Origin: Phoronis australis
Lineage: Eukaryota > Animalia > Phoronida
Direction of reading: 5' to 3'
Assembly: GCA_002633005.1 (NCBI GenBank)
Contig: NMRA01000313.1
Span: 454,518-518,517 of the forward strand
Length of the DNA: 64,000 nucleotides
This document shows positions 39,410 through 53,619 of this stretch, in pieces. How positions within the stretch are numbered: position 1 is the first letter of the stretch; every line of letters starts with the position of its first letter. The notes under the pieces were generated by a model. It worked only from the letters and a program-made list of their open reading frames with translations. It did no database searches and had not been told where the DNA came from. The translations under genes and the position numbers were made by a program.

Positions 39410-42008
39410 CAATCAGGAGAGCTCATAGTGCCAAACAAACACAATGATCAGGTAGACCCAGTCACGTTTCTAAGACAGACTACAGACCTTCCAGTAGGCC
39501 CATGACTTAATGTCAACAAATGTTCCACAACACCTTGGCTGCATTGACAACCCCATTACACCTTCCACAACTCTCAGATGACCTGCTGAATACATTCACA
39601 GCTTTCCAGGTACATGCTCATGTCAAGACTTAAATCACAAGTTTTAAGCGATTAACTAAATATTAGGTCAATCCAGTTTGATCGGTTTGCTGTGAATGAG
39701 CCATGAAATGATTCCAGTGAATTTTTAAAGGAAAAAGTCAATAACTTTTTTAAATAAACCAAGGAGTCAGGACAAACACAGATGAATTCTCGAGCTTTAG
39801 AATGTGGATGATCCAACTTCTTAAGCAAATATAGTCAGTGAAGCTAGGAGCAAACTTGTATTTACTTTGAATATTTGCTCAACCAAATGTTGAATGACCT
39901 GGTAATTAATGTTTTGTGACCACTCAAGAACAGAAATGCTAAGAAGAACCAGGAACACTGAAAGTAATGTCCGTTTAATTTTCACTAGCTGTTTTATGCA
40001 CTTGAACACAGTCTTCAGCAGAAAAAACAAGGTAAATTACATGACTCCTCATCTTCGTGCTTGACACAAATCACTCTTTGGATCCAGGGAACAGACTCTT
40101 ATTAGCTATGCAACTTCGCAAACTGGTCGAACAACATGCGTATTAGAACAAGTCAATAACATGCTTGATCCTTCTAACCAGAATCCCACTGGCCGGACAA
40201 ACTTGAAAGTAGCCAAGTACCACGTAGAAAATCACCGCGTTACAAACTACTCTCTGATAATGAGGAGTCACAATTTTAGTCAACACACAGAGCAACAATA
40301 AGCCAACACTGGTCACCCATGTACAGAGCCAAGCATACTAACTGTTGCTACTTCTATGAATGTACTTTCTGCCCCATATGTTATAACAATATCAATATAT
40401 TGTATAAAGGTACAGTTTTGGAAACAATCATGTACCACTCATAGGATTGTAAACCCTCAGTGTATACTCTTTATTTGCTGGGAAATGAATATGAATGAAA
40501 ACTGTAAATAAAATCATAATACACAGATTGCTATTGTGCTCAAGCAATGCAGATTACCCAGACAAAAGATGGCAGGAGTTATTTAAAACAGAAAACTGAT
40601 GAAGCATGTTTGCCAACATGTAAATTGTTGAATTTATAGTCATGTTCTGTTCAATATAATACCAGTGTAAATTTGAATAACAGTTTAGTAATTTTCTGCC
40701 TTCAATTGTTAGTGCCTACAGCATTTCCACAAATGCAATGCAACCGATTTGTATTCAATGACATGCAGGATAGATAATAAATACATCCACAAGAATATAC
40801 AACATAAAAATCAACTAAATGAGAAACTATTACTGAAAATGGTCAGAAATACTGAATTTTATTGAAGTTTTTTGCCATGCAGTTTCAAAAAAGTTGATAA
40901 AATTCCTTCTTTTCGAGAATCAGCATAATTTAATGGCAGTTTTTCTGGCTAATTTTCAAATTATTTAAATTACGTATTTCCACATGATTTGCTTCTGGAC
41001 TTTCACAAATTTGTGGACTTTTTGAAAGCATCATACTTCCATCAAAGTGATGTCATCGATGGAAACCTGAGGTATGACAATTCGGCAGCAGCGACTGAAA
41101 CCCACTGTGATTATGGAAACAAGATATGCATTCATTAATGAGACTTTATCGTTTTCTAATAATCACATGTTGGGCATTACGTAGCTTATGTATCACACAA
41201 CTTGATAATATTCTTGTCTCCCAGGTACTATTGTCTTACGGGCAGTATCATGCAGAGGTTTGGTGATGCCCAGGTGATGTTTATGGAATGCCCCTTTCTC
41301 TACTGAAATGCAGGGGACCATAGTATTAAAACTAAAAAGATGACATATAATATAGAAACTTTTCATTCAATGTAACTACAAATCATTCACAATTTCAAAA
41401 GAATTATTCATAGTTATTAGATACTCCCCCCTTCCCCCATGTGGATGCCTGGGGCTGACTCGTTCCGTCAGCCCTTCTTTCCACACGCCACTGACTACAG
41501 GCAATCAGTGCGCCATCTGCGAACAACTGCAATCAAGTCGTTATGTTGTCTTCAAATGTGAATGCTCAAGTGCAGCATTTAGCTGAAATGAATTGCACCG
41601 ATTCCCGATGGAAATAACCAAACCTGTCATTTTTTAGTTTTTCAAATCCAGTTTTCTAGTATTCATACAAATGCTAGATCCTATGTCAAAAGGTGTCTAC
41701 TCTATACTGTGACATTTTAATTAACCCTGAGGACTGCCTAGGAACAAAAGCAATTGAAAAGCACACAAATTGAGCAATCTGTAATGAAGCAAAGAAAATA
41801 ATTTAAAGCCGAGAAAGTGCAAATATGAAAGGTTTTGTTTGACTTTTTTCTAGGATGTGAAAATATAGCATACAAATATACAAAATGCGAGTTATTGTCA
41901 GGTTATGGGCTGTTTGATTTATTTGCTTAAGACAATGAAAAATACGTTAACAGTACCTGTTGAACCCATTTCAATAAAAATCATCCTGACATTTGCAACA
42001 CATACCTG

Positions 42009-42290
42009 TTACCTCCGACACTCCGAGTTTATGTTTTTATGTTTCCGTATGTCGTGGGTGTGCACACGCGCTTGTGTGTGCGTGTTTGTTTGTGTGTACA
42101 CATGTTTATATAAACATCCATCATTGATGGATTTCAGTGACATTTTTACGAATGCTTGTCTTTGCTCAAAGGTACAATCAATTATATTTGAGATGGTTAA
42201 ATATCTCCAGGACTTCCATCTTCTTCTAGGCTTCAGTCTAAGGCCTTAAGTCCAGAATGCACAGGTATAATTACATACAAGTATACATTC
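42009..42290 (+). repeat. Fragment of a non-autonomous element starting ttacctcc...ttatgtttt with a GT-rich microsatellite
   Basis: ttacctccgacactccgagtttatgttttt followed by (gt)n/(gttt)n and atggatttcagtgacatttt. Confidence 0.5.
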
Positions 42291-42405
42291 CAAGCTTTCT
42301 AGTCTACATCTTGAGATTCAACAGATTATGAAATTTTTAAGACCCTACATGTTTATTTGTTAAATTTAGTCACATGAATGTAAGCAGAAACACATCCCCA
42401 GCCAG

Positions 42406-42548
42406 GGCCAGTTGCATAAAACAAGAATTCCTCTTTTAAGTCATTTAGTACCTCTATTTCCGTGTATTAGTTTATAAAATAAGTTTTCCAGTTTGAAAAA
42501 AAAATGTAAATCCTATCAAGTCTTGATGCTGTTTTATGCAACCAGGCC
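42406..42548. mobile_element. Harbinger-type MITE
   Basis: ggccagttgcataaaaca ... tgttttatgcaaccaggcc, flanked on both sides by CAG (3-bp TSD). Confidence 0.8.
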
Positions 42549-44861
42549 CAGAGCCTTGCCACTTAGTAACCCGTGACCTATCACACATCTCTTAACTCTC
42601 ATTGTTTTACCTTGATTCACATTTTTGATATGAAATCACGATCTCATATCAAAATGTTTCCCAGTGTAAGAGGGGGACAAACCACCCCCATCCTCTGAGC
42701 GTCTCACACTGAATTTTAGTTGCGCGCGTTTTCAAGCATACAAACAAAGCATTTATCTTCTATTAAATATTGATCAAATATTTGACAACAGTTTCTTTCA
42801 TCTGGAAGAGTTCAGAAAAGTTCATAAATGTGAATGAAATACAGCAGAGTGCCACGATCCCCCTCTGACAAGTTTTTTGCTGACAGCAAAACAGCCCAGA
42901 AGCAAAACAACCAGGCGGTAGTCACAGGAGAGATGAGCCATCTTCGCTTATTGATGACCACCGTAGAAACCAGGTGGTGCTGTGTGCCACGTGCGACAGG
43001 CATTCAACACTGGAATGATGCATCTCGGAGTATTTAATCTATGCCTATTTGAAATTTAAGCAGCATTAGTAGATGGTGGTAGTTTCTGGGAGATTAGCAT
43101 TCATTGCCATCTGCGATGTACATGTGATGTGGATGGTGGATTTAAGCAGTAGGATTGACAAGGCTCTTTTAATTCTTTACATTTACCAACCCACCAAAGT
43201 ACCACAGTGATGTACACTGGGATGATTAAAAGACTGGACCACATATAGTGAAGTGACTGTAATTTGCCTTCATCAACTTGTCCTGCAGAGTTTATAACAC
43301 AAACAATAAAATACAGTGATACATTCTGCACCTCCAAAAGAGTCATACCCTGGGTAGGCCTAAACTGAACTTTTATAACACAATACACAATGACATAATA
43401 GCGTGATACAAACTAAAACAAGACTAGTTGAAACAGCATGTCAAATGTACAAAACTCTGAGCTTTAACTTCAGATCATTCAACATCTTGAGTGATATGAA
43501 ATTGTTGGAATGGATAAAAACAGAATATCCCTAAATTCCAATCACACGGCTATATAGACACTTATAAGTTATTTCGTTAGGACCAGTGATTTATGATAAC
43601 CAAGCCACACCTTAATGGCATGTCAGGTATTATCTGAAATAACATAAAGATAATTATCCCTCAACAGTTAAGCAAACATTGATAAAGAGTTTAGGTTAGA
43701 CCACCATTGCCTTGGATTAATGATAAGAATTAAGGACATAACTAGCTAAGAACATGCTAAAAACAACAATTTTATCAAAGGTGTTTATAAACCTGATGTT
43801 TAAAAACGTATGAAATAAAGCACTCAGGATGCATCCGATCAGGATATACAGACACTTAATGATAGACTTGCCAACAACTATAACTGTGCAAAAACTAATC
43901 TTTGTATTTACGCTCTTTCCCATATAATTAACTCCACTATCCTAATATCAAAGCTTTGATGTTAACTGTGGTTAACTGAGAAGTTAAATGTTAGTGTTCC
44001 CGTCAGCTTCAAGAGTTAGTCAGAAAACACTTTAGCAAAGTTATTGCAGTGCAGGACTAACATGACCTTCGGTCATATGCTTTTGGTGGTATCCACGTCA
44101 TCAAAAATGACAAATTGAGAAGGATTCTCTCCTTAAATGGAAACTAGCATAATGTCAACTTCAGCCAAGGGTTGCCTGCACCCTGAGACAAAGATGGTAT
44201 ACTAGAAGATAGACCCTTGAGTAGGCCAACAGCTGATCTGAACAAAGGCGGTATGGCGGGATGACTCCTGCCGATAATCTCTTAAATGTTCATATTTGAG
44301 CAAAGCCTCAAAGCTTCCCTGTTAAATCCACCTCTTTACTCAGGAATTAACTCGCATTGTTAACTTCAATCCAAGACTATTAATCCAAGCTTCATTTTAC
44401 CAAGCTTTGGAGTCAGTGGGAAAGGTCTTTTAGAATGCTAGCTGTTACAAATTCGGTCCTAAATTGTTTCTTTTCAGTTTTGAGCTTGGACAGAGCTAAC
44501 TGCTCAGGAAGACCTGCCACCATAAATTGGTTTGTCATTATGAGTTAAATCATTCACAGTGCAGGTTTTAAAAAATAATTAACTGACATTTTTTTCAAAG
44601 CCCAGAAACCACAAAAACTTGGTTGTTCCACGTGGGTTCATAGCGGAAATCTGACAACAAACATTAGTTGTAATTTGATTTTTACAGTGTACCCGAGAGA
44701 CCAACACACAATTTTACAAACACCGTTACTTCAGGATCCTAAAAGGATATCTTTATTTTTATTTCATATTCACACACAGCAGAGTCGCCAATAAACATGC
44801 CATACATAATTATGGTTTCGTTTCTCAGCAGACAGTGCAGCAGACTATGCTTAACACTTAC

Positions 44862-45100
44862 CTTGGAAAGTCATTGTCATCATGTTGCTTATTCATCAAC
44901 TTGTCAATCAACTCTTGAACAGTGGGTATCTTTTTTGTAGTATTGTTGTCCTTTCTATGGACCATTTTGACTCGAACTCCAAAACCAGAGTATATGCGTG
45001 ATATGGTGGCACTGTGCGACTCTTTGAATGCGTCCCTGTTCATTTTGATTCTATTACCACGGAATCCGACACACTGTGACATTGGATTGGAAGAGTTCAT
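44862..45100 (-). CDS. Variable first coding exon V2 (79 aa); exon starts at acceptor 45455
   Basis: gacaccATG, 239 nt open: MNSSNPMSQCVGFRGNRIKMNRDAFKESHSATISRIYSGFGVRVKMVHRKDNNTTKKIPTVQELIDKLMNKQHDDNDFP. Consensus phase-2 donor AAG|gtaagt. Joined to C1-C5 it gives a 321-aa ORF. Confidence 0.8.
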
Positions 45101-45754
45101 GGTGTCCTCAATAATTAGGTTTCCTCAACACAGGCCTTCAGAAGAGGAGAAAGCAAAATGCTAATGTTGATAGTATAGGAAGAATGCCTCTAGCAGATGT
45201 CAAGCCATTTTCCTCAGATATTTAATCCTGCATCAACGCCTGCCAAACTAGATCCTTCTCCATCAGGAATCTAATTTGCAGTACTGCTGTTGATCTGACT
45301 TCATCCTCAGAGACTTTACACTCAGACCATGCAAAGCAAACACAAGATTTTCTCCCTTCGAAGTCCTTCAGTACATTTCAACCACAGCTCACTTGAAGGA
45401 TCTTGATAAATAGCTTCAGCTCTTTACATGGGCTTCTCACAAATAGTTGAATATCCTGGCAATACAAAAGCCAACATTATAGGTCTCAATCAACATTACA
45501 TCAATCCCTGAATGAATTCTGCCAAAGCACCACAGTACTGCTACAACTGTCTCAATGGTTGTTGCATAATAAATCAAGAAAACCCAGGTACATTACAATT
45601 CAGCAAATGAAGATTGGGTCATGAGAGATGACTTCATCTTGCATGAAACCGCTGCCAGCTCAACACGACAAAAACAATGTATATTGTCAAATACAGGCAT
45701 TACAGTGCAAAGCAATGTAGTCTAGTGACAGTTTTACTAATTATGTGTGCTTAC

Positions 45755-45799
45755 CTAGCTCACACTGAGAGGATGTTGATATATCAAATACACAGACTT
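45755..45799 (-). other. Possible 45-nt cassette leader exon
   Basis: Acceptor tttacattcag, donor TAG|gtaagc. Confidence 0.35.
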
Positions 45800-46096
45800 C
45801 TGAATGTAAATCATTAGGAAAGCAAACATTCTAACACCAGACTGTTGACTGTCAATTAATATAGAGAGTTAACAAAAGAACCAGCAGTTTGAATTGCATG
45901 AGCAGAGTTGTTCAGTAGACAACAGAGCAACAATTTGACATAATGGTCCAAATTAAGAGAACCCCCGCAGAACTGCATCCACTGATTAACGGACCCAATG
46001 ACCACTAGTCCCTTAGCTCTCAAAATCAGGAACCGTTACATCTGACAATTGATAACTGTCCACACCAAAAACGCTGAAATTTATGTTTCTGCTTAC

Positions 46097-46444
46097 CTGA
46101 TAAATGTGCCACTCTTCACCTTTTTGAAAAGTCCAACTTGAAATTACAATAATATTGGGTTAACTTGAATTTCTGGTCCATTAAATTAGTCTTTTTAGAC
46201 ATTTGACACCACTCCTTTAATGAGCACTGGATGATCAAACTGCCAGTCTGTCAGCCAGTATATAGACCAATGTTCAAGTCTAAGATCCATTCACACCTCT
46301 GTTCTCACCATTGGATGAACCTCTTTCCCCTATGGACATCACAATACTGGTGTGTAGTTATAGGTGTCTATTGTGCCATCACTCTGCTGTATTGTTCAGG
46401 TCAGATTAGTTTGAATAGGAATGTGCTGTGGTTCACAAGGTAAT
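46097..46444 (-). other. Probable leader exon upstream of V2
   Basis: Acceptor ttttgtttacttacag, donor CAG|gtaagc, 348 nt. Stops in all three frames and several uAUGs. Confidence 0.65.
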
Positions 46445-47625
46445 CTGTAAGTAAACAAAAGAGTGACAAGCATTAGGGGAATGAATGATAGGTTATGATA
46501 CCAGTAGACATCACTACTGTAACCAAAACACACTTAAAAGCCATTCTGCTACAAGACCAGAGGAGCGTGGATGTATACAGCATGGTTACTTTAACCTTCA
46601 GTTTAGAGGACACAGAAGTTATCGCAGCTTGATGTCTGAGTTATCAAAGTCATTGTAAAATTGCACAACGAAAATGTCATGCGTGGATATTTTTTTAAAT
46701 TGAACTACCACATTATATATGGTCAAAAAATAAATAAAATTAAAAGCTTACAGAGGTGAAATGGTGAAAATGAAAATACGAAATAATTTCAAAACACGTG
46801 CCGTTATTGACAGCAGTGCCTGCAGGTACCTTTAATGATGACATCAAAGTTAACCGCTCTTTAACTGCATCAGAGCCGTGACATTATGCTCTTCAATCCA
46901 TATTCACTGCAGTTAACTTGCACTATGAACAACCATTCACATCAACCAACCCTCTCCAAAACATTGACACCTCGAGGTTGGTAAGAAAGGCCCTATATTT
47001 CATACTCAGCAGAAGTTTGATTGTAAATATACACTAACCAACGATACTTTAGTCAACGAATGATTCGTTTTTGAAGACATCACAGCTTACACACACCAAA
47101 AAATGTAGCTCAAAGTGTAACAACGATTTACTTCCAAGTTGGAAAACCAACTGACGGACCACAACTAGAGAACCGTTTCCGGATAGAATGTGAATAAAAA
47201 AATCACTTAGAGATTTGAAGCCATTACCACCACATAGAAATCAATAAAACACATACACCATTTCAAGCTTGAGAAATCAATGTGATGCAATTTCAAAGAA
47301 ATTCTCCAGGTAATTCCCTGTTTATGTGAATGATGAACAATTGTTCCCTCCACTAAACATTGATTTTCAACAGCCAATCCAGATTTCTCATAAGTAGCCA
47401 CATAACTTGATAAACTAAACAGCATAGCAACTGGTGTTAGCAGAGGCAAAATAATGCACAGCAAATGAAGCCATAAGTGAAAATATTGAGGTGAAAAGCA
47501 CACAATATATAATACACGTGATGTATTTCACGTAAATAGGCATTCAGCCCACATTACATATATATAATAAACAGATACTAGTACAGGATATCTAAACCAA
47601 TACTAATTTACATCAAGAAACTCAC

Positions 47626-47731
47626 TTGAAGGTTTCTCAGCATCAATTAAATATTTAGCAATTTTTAAGTCATGGGTCTGTAGGAGATCCCTGAATACTG
47701 CTATGTCCACCCTACTGAATCTAGGTACAAA
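47626..47731 (-). other. Probable leader exon upstream of V2 (middle of the spliced 78-aa ORF)
   Basis: Acceptor ttctgatttgtgcgtacag (alternative acceptor at 47720), donor A|gtgagt. Open frame FVPRFSRVDIAVFRDLLQTHDLKIAKYLIDAEKPS. Confidence 0.55.
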
Positions 47732-48680
47732 CTGTACGCACAAATCAGAATATAATTAACATTCGAGAAGAAATCATATTTCTGATACCACCTGTCCCAC
47801 TATTGCGGCAGGTACATGTTCTCTCATCTCTATCAACACCAATAAGCATTCCCTTCATTATCACGAGGCGAACATCTAAATCTTGCCAGGGCTGCTCTTT
47901 TCTAGACTTATTTTTGAATAGAGGTAAGAAACCTTTGCTTTGTTATTTGAGAAATATCAGTTTTTAACTGCCTTTGTCACCACACACGGCAATTACAGAA
48001 ACCAACCATTTAACTTAAGATTTAATGAAGGTCCAACAAAAAACTGTTGAACGGATTCTTAAGAAACTTTCAGATACCATGCTTTAGTTAAAAATTGTTG
48101 AGCACATAACAATGTTCACAATTAATAATTTTAAATGATAATCACTCGAGCTCTCTGTATCATTAATTGTCTGATCTCTTAGCAATCTACTTAGTTTTTG
48201 CACTGCGAATGGCCACCAATTATACAGAGAGCTTGCACAAATACCATAATTGAAAATTATTTATCATGAACTCTTCTCCAATACACTGAAAGGATTCTTT
48301 TTTAAAATGCTCCACTTTTACGTAAGGGGCTATCAAAAAGGACTACATTGGCAGGTCAAAAATTCCTAACTTCAAAAGCAGATGTGGTAAATTGGTTGAT
48401 TTAGCCAAAAAAATAACACTCACTGGCTCATTTCCCAGTATAGCAGGAAGACAGTGAATGCACAGTAATAGAGGATTAAGGATACAGTAAATTAACGATG
48501 ATAAATATCTCTCCAAGATAATCAGAATTTTCATTTTTGTGGGTTTATTGCTGCTTTACACTGAAGAAACTAAGTTTTGATTTAGATAACTCACCAGTAC
48601 AAAATTAGTCTCCATCTATTTCTTACTCAGATAAGAAGTGACACAGTTCTTTATTCGATGAATAAAATGAGCCTGCCTCC

Positions 48681-48821
48681 CGTTCAGTAACGCTAGGACC
48701 TCGCTAAAAAGCAAGACTTCGCGAGATTACGTGAGATATTGCCGTGTATTTTAAATGAGAACACGTGACTTGGACTAGGCTTTAGCTAGGTGCTAGCGTA
48801 GGTCCTAGCGTCTACTGAACG
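48681..48821 (+). mobile_element. MITE with ~21-bp TIRs
   Basis: cgttcagtaacgctaggacct ... aggtcctagcgtctactgaacg. Confidence 0.85.
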
Positions 48822-50948
48822 CACGCCTGGTCTCAAGAAATAATGAAGTGTCAGATCACAGCATCACACCTATTTTGAACAAGGAATAATGTGAGACTAA
48901 TATCATAACGGTAAGTGATGTAAATCAAAAATTGATTTTGTGACACAATGCAAGTTTATAGCCACTCCGTAGGCCCTTTCATACTAAATTACTCCAGTAT
49001 ACGTACAGTGGCAATATAAACTGTGAAATTAGTGTTCACACCAGCATCAGTAGTTAACGGCATCGAAGCAAACAGTTGCTGACGCTGTTGTCAATGATGT
49101 AAACGGTAGGTGACGTTGTCATCGTTGAAGTAATAACAAGGTAGCACTATGTATAAGGTGTCATTTGAGGTAGACTGAGAAATGACGGATTTTTTGTCCC
49201 ACGTGGGGCAAAATTTTTCGTGTGACGACATGAGAACATTTGCGTGACAATTGACATAAAATTTATTTCTAATTCGACTGGGGATTATTTGCGCAAAATA
49301 TTAGCAAATAATAGAGACTACATTGCTATTTAATTTCAGACGATAACAGTGACCCCTAGTGATAACTTTGATGAGACTGAAATTGACCGTTCATACCGCA
49401 CCACAACGGTTAAATCCACCTGTTTACTGCAAAGTTAACTAGCCCTGTTAACTTTCATTCAGGACCAAAGTTAACTGTTCACACTGAACTGCAACTCCCC
49501 GAAACATCAACACATTAACATTAGCATGACAAGACCTTTAGTAAACGTATCGTATCGTAACATCGAAAGCAGTTATTTTCCCCCTTTAAGAGAACATTAA
49601 CCTTGTTACATTACTCGTCAGTTCTGTGTACTGTCCACCATTACAGCCAGTCAATCTGAACAACAATCTAAGCGTGTAAGAAATTATGAAAAAAATCGTT
49701 TAACACACTGTCTCCCTACACCTGTATGGTAATTAGCACTCCATCAATGCTAAAGAATACAATTGCATAAAAACAAACAGCTCCAGGTACTGCTGAAGCA
49801 AGAATACAGGCAAACATACCTGGACTGATATACCAATTGTTCTGCATCCAATTACAACTAGTGGAACAATATTAACTGACACAGACATCAGTAGGAGGTA
49901 ATTACTACGAGTTCATTAGCTGAAGAGACCCAGCTCCAACTAATCAATACACTTTAGCTAATCTGTTAATCACCCTGCCAGCTATATTTCACCAGAAAAT
50001 GTATCAGTCCTAAAACCTTAGGGGCTCAGTTATGAATGCCTACTGTCGTTTTGAGACACCGATGTTTGTTCAAAGTCTTTTGGGGTCAAAATTAGTACTT
50101 TATGAAGGTTTTAGTTTCCCATGCAATTACTTTAAAAGCCATAAAAACAACAAGCAAATTTGGTTTGCTTCAGGTCCGCAACCCTGACTTATTTAAAAAA
50201 CTTGTACCTCACTACTTAAAGAAAAAACACCCACCTGCATCAATTTCACCCAAGGTCTAGATTTTTTTTCAAAAATCACACTCAACGCATGCAAGTAAGG
50301 ATTAGAACAACCACCCCACACATACCAACAGCAACAGCAATGCTGATCTAAGATGTTTTGGATTCAACAGCTTAATAAAAAATGACACCACGTGAATTTA
50401 AATGATTTAAGGCCAGAACAATATAGTTTGATATTTTCCATGCACATACAGCAAATGTGAACATGAGCTATCACAGTTGTTGTGAATTTCAACTCTTGAG
50501 TTTTCCTAAGGGGGACTACTGTAGTATACAAAGCATTAGGTTAGTAACTAAACAAACAGTAGAATCATGCTTTGTATGGAAGGGAGGTCATTAACCACCC
50601 ACTTGAATAGAATGTGTGGAGAAGCAGTTGGATTTCATCGAACAGCAACAGAACATCCCAATGGACAAAGATACCCCAGGTAGTATGAAAAAAAGAATTC
50701 CAGTCGATATAAAAATCAATGTTTCGGCTAATGAAGTGAGTGACCACGGAGGGTTTTCCTGTTTGTTTAGATCCAAAACAAAGACGAGTACTAATGTTTC
50801 TCACAATGCAAAAACCTTGAGACAATGCCCACCAAAGAAACTACCTGTAACAAGCAAGAGGTGACACTGTTCAGGTTGGCCACACGTCTCGATGAGCAAC
50901 ATCTTTGAGGAAACCCATAGGTATGTGTAACTTGATGACAGTCACTAT

Positions 50949-51479
50949 AGTGCCGTTTACACTTACAAAGTTGACACCGGATCAGCTGACACGGAACAAG
51001 TTCCGTTGCTCCAGTGTGTGAACAGACTGACACGACGCAAATTAACACCGCGTTGACAAATTTTGGCCATCTGTTTGTGAGGTAGACTAATTTGCGCCCG
51101 AACATATTGCGCCTATCAATTATAAGTCTAAACTCGAAACTGGAGGCGGAAAGGATCATCTCTACTGCACTTGTGCAATGACCTATGTACGGGTTCTTTG
51201 TCTCTGCAACTCTCGTCATTTGTAAACCTGCGCTCTCCAGCCTGCAATTTTCGTCTTGCCAAGGTTAGTGAGTTGTGTGTGTAAACGGCCGCTTGACATG
51301 GGTCAATTTGCTCCGTGTTAGTTGCGCCGGGCCAAAAGTTGATGTCTAAACGGGACTTTACGGGTGGCAAAAATTTGTCACCATGGGGTCAGTTTGCTCC
51401 ATGTCAGTCTCTTTACACACTGGAACAACTTGTTTCGTGTCAGCTTATCCGTGTCAACTTTGTGAGTGTAAACGGCACT
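50949..51479. mobile_element. Harbinger-like MITE with ~85-bp TIRs
   Basis: agtgccgtttacacttacaaagttgacac ... gtgtcaactttgtgagtgtaaacggcact, flanked by TAT on both sides. Confidence 0.9.
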
Positions 51480-53619
51480 TATCCAGTCTGTTTATAACTC
51501 CTTTACAAACTGGATAAAATGACAGCACTTTCACCTGTACTGACACCAGTAAATGTGAATGGTTGCAAAGGTCGCTATTGTTGGCAGTTTCAGTTACCCC
51601 AAAACTGTGCTGTCAAAGCCGCCACATGACAGTTCTGCAGTTAACATCACAGAAGTGGGGTCAGCCTTCCAAATTGCTTATAACTCACATTAGTTGCACA
51701 AATTCCTTATTGCCCTGACTGGTGGCAGGGTCAATTACTTACTAGTAAAGGCTACAATTACAGCTAGTGGAGGTGTCCTGAGCAAAGATAATAAGCTAGT
51801 GGGTATTGTATCCAAAATACAGTGGAGAGCCGAAGAAACAAATACTCAGAATCTTACAGGCACCTGAAGCAAATTTCTTGTTTGTTCATTAAGCATATAA
51901 CAAGAAATTTACTTTAATTTGGACCACACTTAAGGTCGACATGGAAACCTACTAAGGAGACTACTCTCCCTACTCATAAGGTGACAATGCCTCCCAATGT
52001 GTGCCCCCTCAACTACACCTTGCCGAAAAACTCATTACCATAAAAATCTTAAATAACAGAAGCTGTAACCATTTCTCCCTCAGTGTAGAACTTAACAGGG
52101 CTCCAGCCAGACATACCTAATACAGTCCATGGACAGACTCACCAGTCTTTAACTATGATGATCATGAACAACAGCAGTAAACTAAACCATGAATGACTGT
52201 AAGAGTGTAAACAAACCTGTAATCACACACTGAGCATTTCTGTCCACATATACCATACCTAATCCCATTGAAGCTGACCACACTCAGGACCCACTGCACA
52301 GTTTATCCTAGGTACAACAAGCCAGCAAGGAAACCATAGCACAGCATATAGTGAGATAAACATCTAGGTAGGCAATTAGAAAACACATCTTTTGTCCCAA
52401 GCTCTTTGTCAAAAGAGTTCACCACTGGGTGTCTCTATTGTCCTGGGCCATTCGTGTACTAAATTTTACATAAAAGAAGAATTGAATCAAAAATATGTCA
52501 GCAATGCCACCTTCTAGAAAAAAAACACAGGCGCAACACGACTGGAAGTGAACTCAGGTGCAGTCCTGATAGAAGAAAATTCTTGTGATTGTGACTTCAT
52601 AAACAGCATACTGCGAAACTTAGGACGGCTCACTGGCACTCCAACAAGGCAACATTTTTTTATAAAGCCGCTGGTCAGAAGCCAAATGCCTCTAGACTAT
52701 CCACCACATGGGACCTTGAAACACACTTTAAAGCCCATTAAAGGACCATCTTTGATAATCATAGTATTGGTTCATGTTTTGTAGCAGATCCCTTTGTTCT
52801 GGTTTTTTCATGACGACTTAGCACTTTTAATTACACAAGATGCAACCATGGACTGAATGAGTTCATTGACTGCTTCAACAAGAACATTCACCACTGCTAA
52901 CTTTGTTTTATACCAGTTTCAAGTTTGCGACTTCAGCATTTGACCTAATTAACCATGCTTCCATTCTTTAATATTTAAAAAATATATCAATCTTGTAGCG
53001 CTTCACCTACGAGATTTCACACAATGTTTCAGCATACATTAGGCAAATTTATCATCTTAAAATCCTTTACCTAGCATATCGTTTACCTAGCATGCAAACA
53101 GTGTAGAAATGAAAGTATTAGTATGAGAAAATCTTTTTGTTTTTCTTAAAAGATAGGTAGCACTAGATGAATGCCAAATTAGTGAGATTAAATAAGACTT
53201 AACATTCTAAACAGCATGGTCACTGTTAATACAATTATGGTTTCTAAATGTTAGTAATTGGTAAAAAATAAGAACATTAGTTTAAGGAAAACAAATAAGG
53301 TACACTACCTCTGTCTAGACATCCACTGAAGTTTTCTGGGCTTAATCAACACAAATGTTAGCCACCTGAAATATCAATTGGTTAGACAGGCATTTACTAT
53401 AAAAATTCACAGATATATATATGCACAACATCTAGTTTAAAATGTCAATAGAACTGTAGTATCAAAATCATGCCATGTAACACATATACCTTTTAAAATG
53501 GGCAGTAAGTATTGATACTTTAAAAATAAAAAAGTTGGTTTGAACTAGCATACCAATACCAAAGGAATAAGAAAATGGACAATTGATAAGAAGACTTAAA
53601 AACAGCTGTTCTTACTTAC

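Noticed and set aside
17633-40610. Hammerhead ribozyme cores (CTGATGA near 17634, 27855, 36373, 38808 and 40596)
   Set aside because: None is followed by a stem II and GAAA with closing stems.
18129-45100. Identical coding lengths of V2 and V7 (239 nt) and of V4 and V5 (122 nt)
   Set aside because: The pairs are not collinear in sequence and the shared motif sits at different offsets; treated as coincidence.
50565-50864. Overlapping ORFs, including a TM-like minus-strand frame and a protein-like plus-strand frame
   Set aside because: The ORF-track starts are non-ATG, the possible acceptor at 50844 leads to a stop in the phase-0 frame, donors are weak, and I see no homology. A non-coding leader exon is not excluded.
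50791-51497. ORFs of 142, 80 and 60 aa
   Set aside because: They lie in or across the MITE TIRs (LVPCQLIR and LVSCQLIR mirror each other) and have no transposase motifs.
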